From a virus (lineage: Duplodnaviria > Heunggongvirae > Uroviricota > Caudoviricetes), in IMG/VR virus record IMGVR_UViG_3300048016_000310: a DNA stretch of 13,294 nucleotides, one strand, 5' to 3'. The notes under the pieces are model-generated. The model searched no databases. It was not told where the DNA came from and saw only the letters and a list, made by a program, of their open reading frames with translations. Below, piece after piece: positions 12,996 to 13,294 of this stretch. The position numbers and the translations under genes are program-made. The number at the start of each line of letters is the position of its first letter. Position 1 is the stretch's first letter.

Positions 12996-13066
12996 TAGAC
13001 CTTATAGGAATCGAACCTATGTATCTGGTATGTAACACCAGTGCTAATCCCCTCAGCTAAAAGTCT
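12996..13066 (-). tRNA. trnV: tRNA-Val(UAC)
   Basis: AGACTTT/AAGGTCT acceptor; CTGGT-GT TAC AT-ACCAG anticodon arm (G32, U38). Confidence 0.9.
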
Positions 13067-13071
13067 ATATG

Positions 13072-13170
13072 CTGTGAAAGAAAGATTCGAACTTTCATTT
13101 CTAGGTATTCAATATATTTCCTAGCTTCCACGAGACAGGTGGTTGGGTGTGCCAATTTCCCTACTTCACA
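13072..13170 (-). tRNA. trnD: tRNA-Asp(GUC)-like, 99 nt, with U37 and a 30-nt variable arm
   Basis: TGTGAAG/TTTCACA acceptor; G73; CCAC-CT GTC TC-GTGG anticodon arm; V arm closed by CTAGG/CCTAG; canonical T arm. Confidence 0.7.
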
Positions 13171-13174
13171 ATTT

Positions 13175-13249
13175 TGGAGGGTTTACTAGGAATCCAACCT
13201 AGATTCAAGAGTTAGAAGCTCCTTGTACTGTGCATTGTACTATAAACCC
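13175..13249 (-). tRNA. trnR: tRNA-Arg(UCU) with encoded CCA and C19:G56
   Basis: GGGTTTA/TAAACCC acceptor; AGGAG-CT TCT AA-CTCTT anticodon arm; D loop AATGCACA; T loop TTGGATT. Confidence 0.88.
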
Positions 13250-13254
13250 TTATA

Positions 13255-13284
13255 ACAAAAAATCCCCCAATTGCTTGGAGGATT
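13255..13284 (-). terminator. Intrinsic terminator directly upstream of tRNA-Arg (probable second attenuator)
   Basis: AATCCTCCAA-GCAA-TTGGGGGATT (10 bp including one G-U, GNRA loop) followed by TTTTGTT, ending a few nt before tRNA-Arg. Confidence 0.8.
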
Positions 13285-13294
13285 CTCTTTATAT

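Noticed and set aside
13097-13126. Intron, or Sec/Pyl identity, for the long-armed tRNA
   Set aside because: The insert is in the variable region rather than the anticodon loop and is far too short for a group I intron. The anticodon is GUC with a normal 7-bp acceptor stem.
11013-13249. Regularly recurring GGTTCGAA-like motifs as a CRISPR array or repeat
   Set aside because: They are tRNA T arms; there are no identical repeats with spacers and no cas genes.
1-13294. Stop-codon reassignment, as seen in some crAss-like phages
   Set aside because: Genes are long and tile correctly in the standard code; TAA and TGA end several genes and TAG ends one; there is no suppressor tRNA in the window.

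Overview
This window is part of an AT-rich crAss-like (Crassvirales-type) phage genome. Bacteroidota-type promoters (TTTG-N19-TAnnTTTG) point to a Bacteroidota host. From 1 to 10730 the + strand carries a tightly overlapping virion module: a partial IHF/HU-like gene, a tail tubular/ring protein, a 1728-aa tail stabilization/muzzle-like protein, a phage-tail-lysozyme protein, a ferritin/Dps-like protein, two small ORFs and an 813-aa probable cargo protein. From 10733 to 13294 the - strand carries a converging array of 17 tRNA genes in two blocks, with small ORFs interspersed. The main finding is an apparent ribosome-mediated transcription attenuator in front of the 5-tRNA block (Cys, Pro, His, Trp, Gln). 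It comprises a promoter, a 21-aa leader peptide MKNLQHTPQWCPCYKAGRGMF whose core QHTPQWCPC is built from those five amino acids, mutually exclusive 1:2, 2:3 and 3:4 hairpins, and a terminator directly before the first tRNA. A similar terminator lies directly before the 12-tRNA block at the window edge, which predicts a second attenuator. Other oddities include a Lys-rich mini-ORF with a hairpin switch before tRNA-Lys, a stand-alone EF-Tu domain II-like mini-protein, two tRNA-Asp with long variable arms, a tRNA-Ile(UAU), a tRNA-Arg with a swapped 19:56 elbow pair, and several altered anticodon arms. All tRNA folds and pairings were read by eye; protein family calls come from motif recognition, not database searches.
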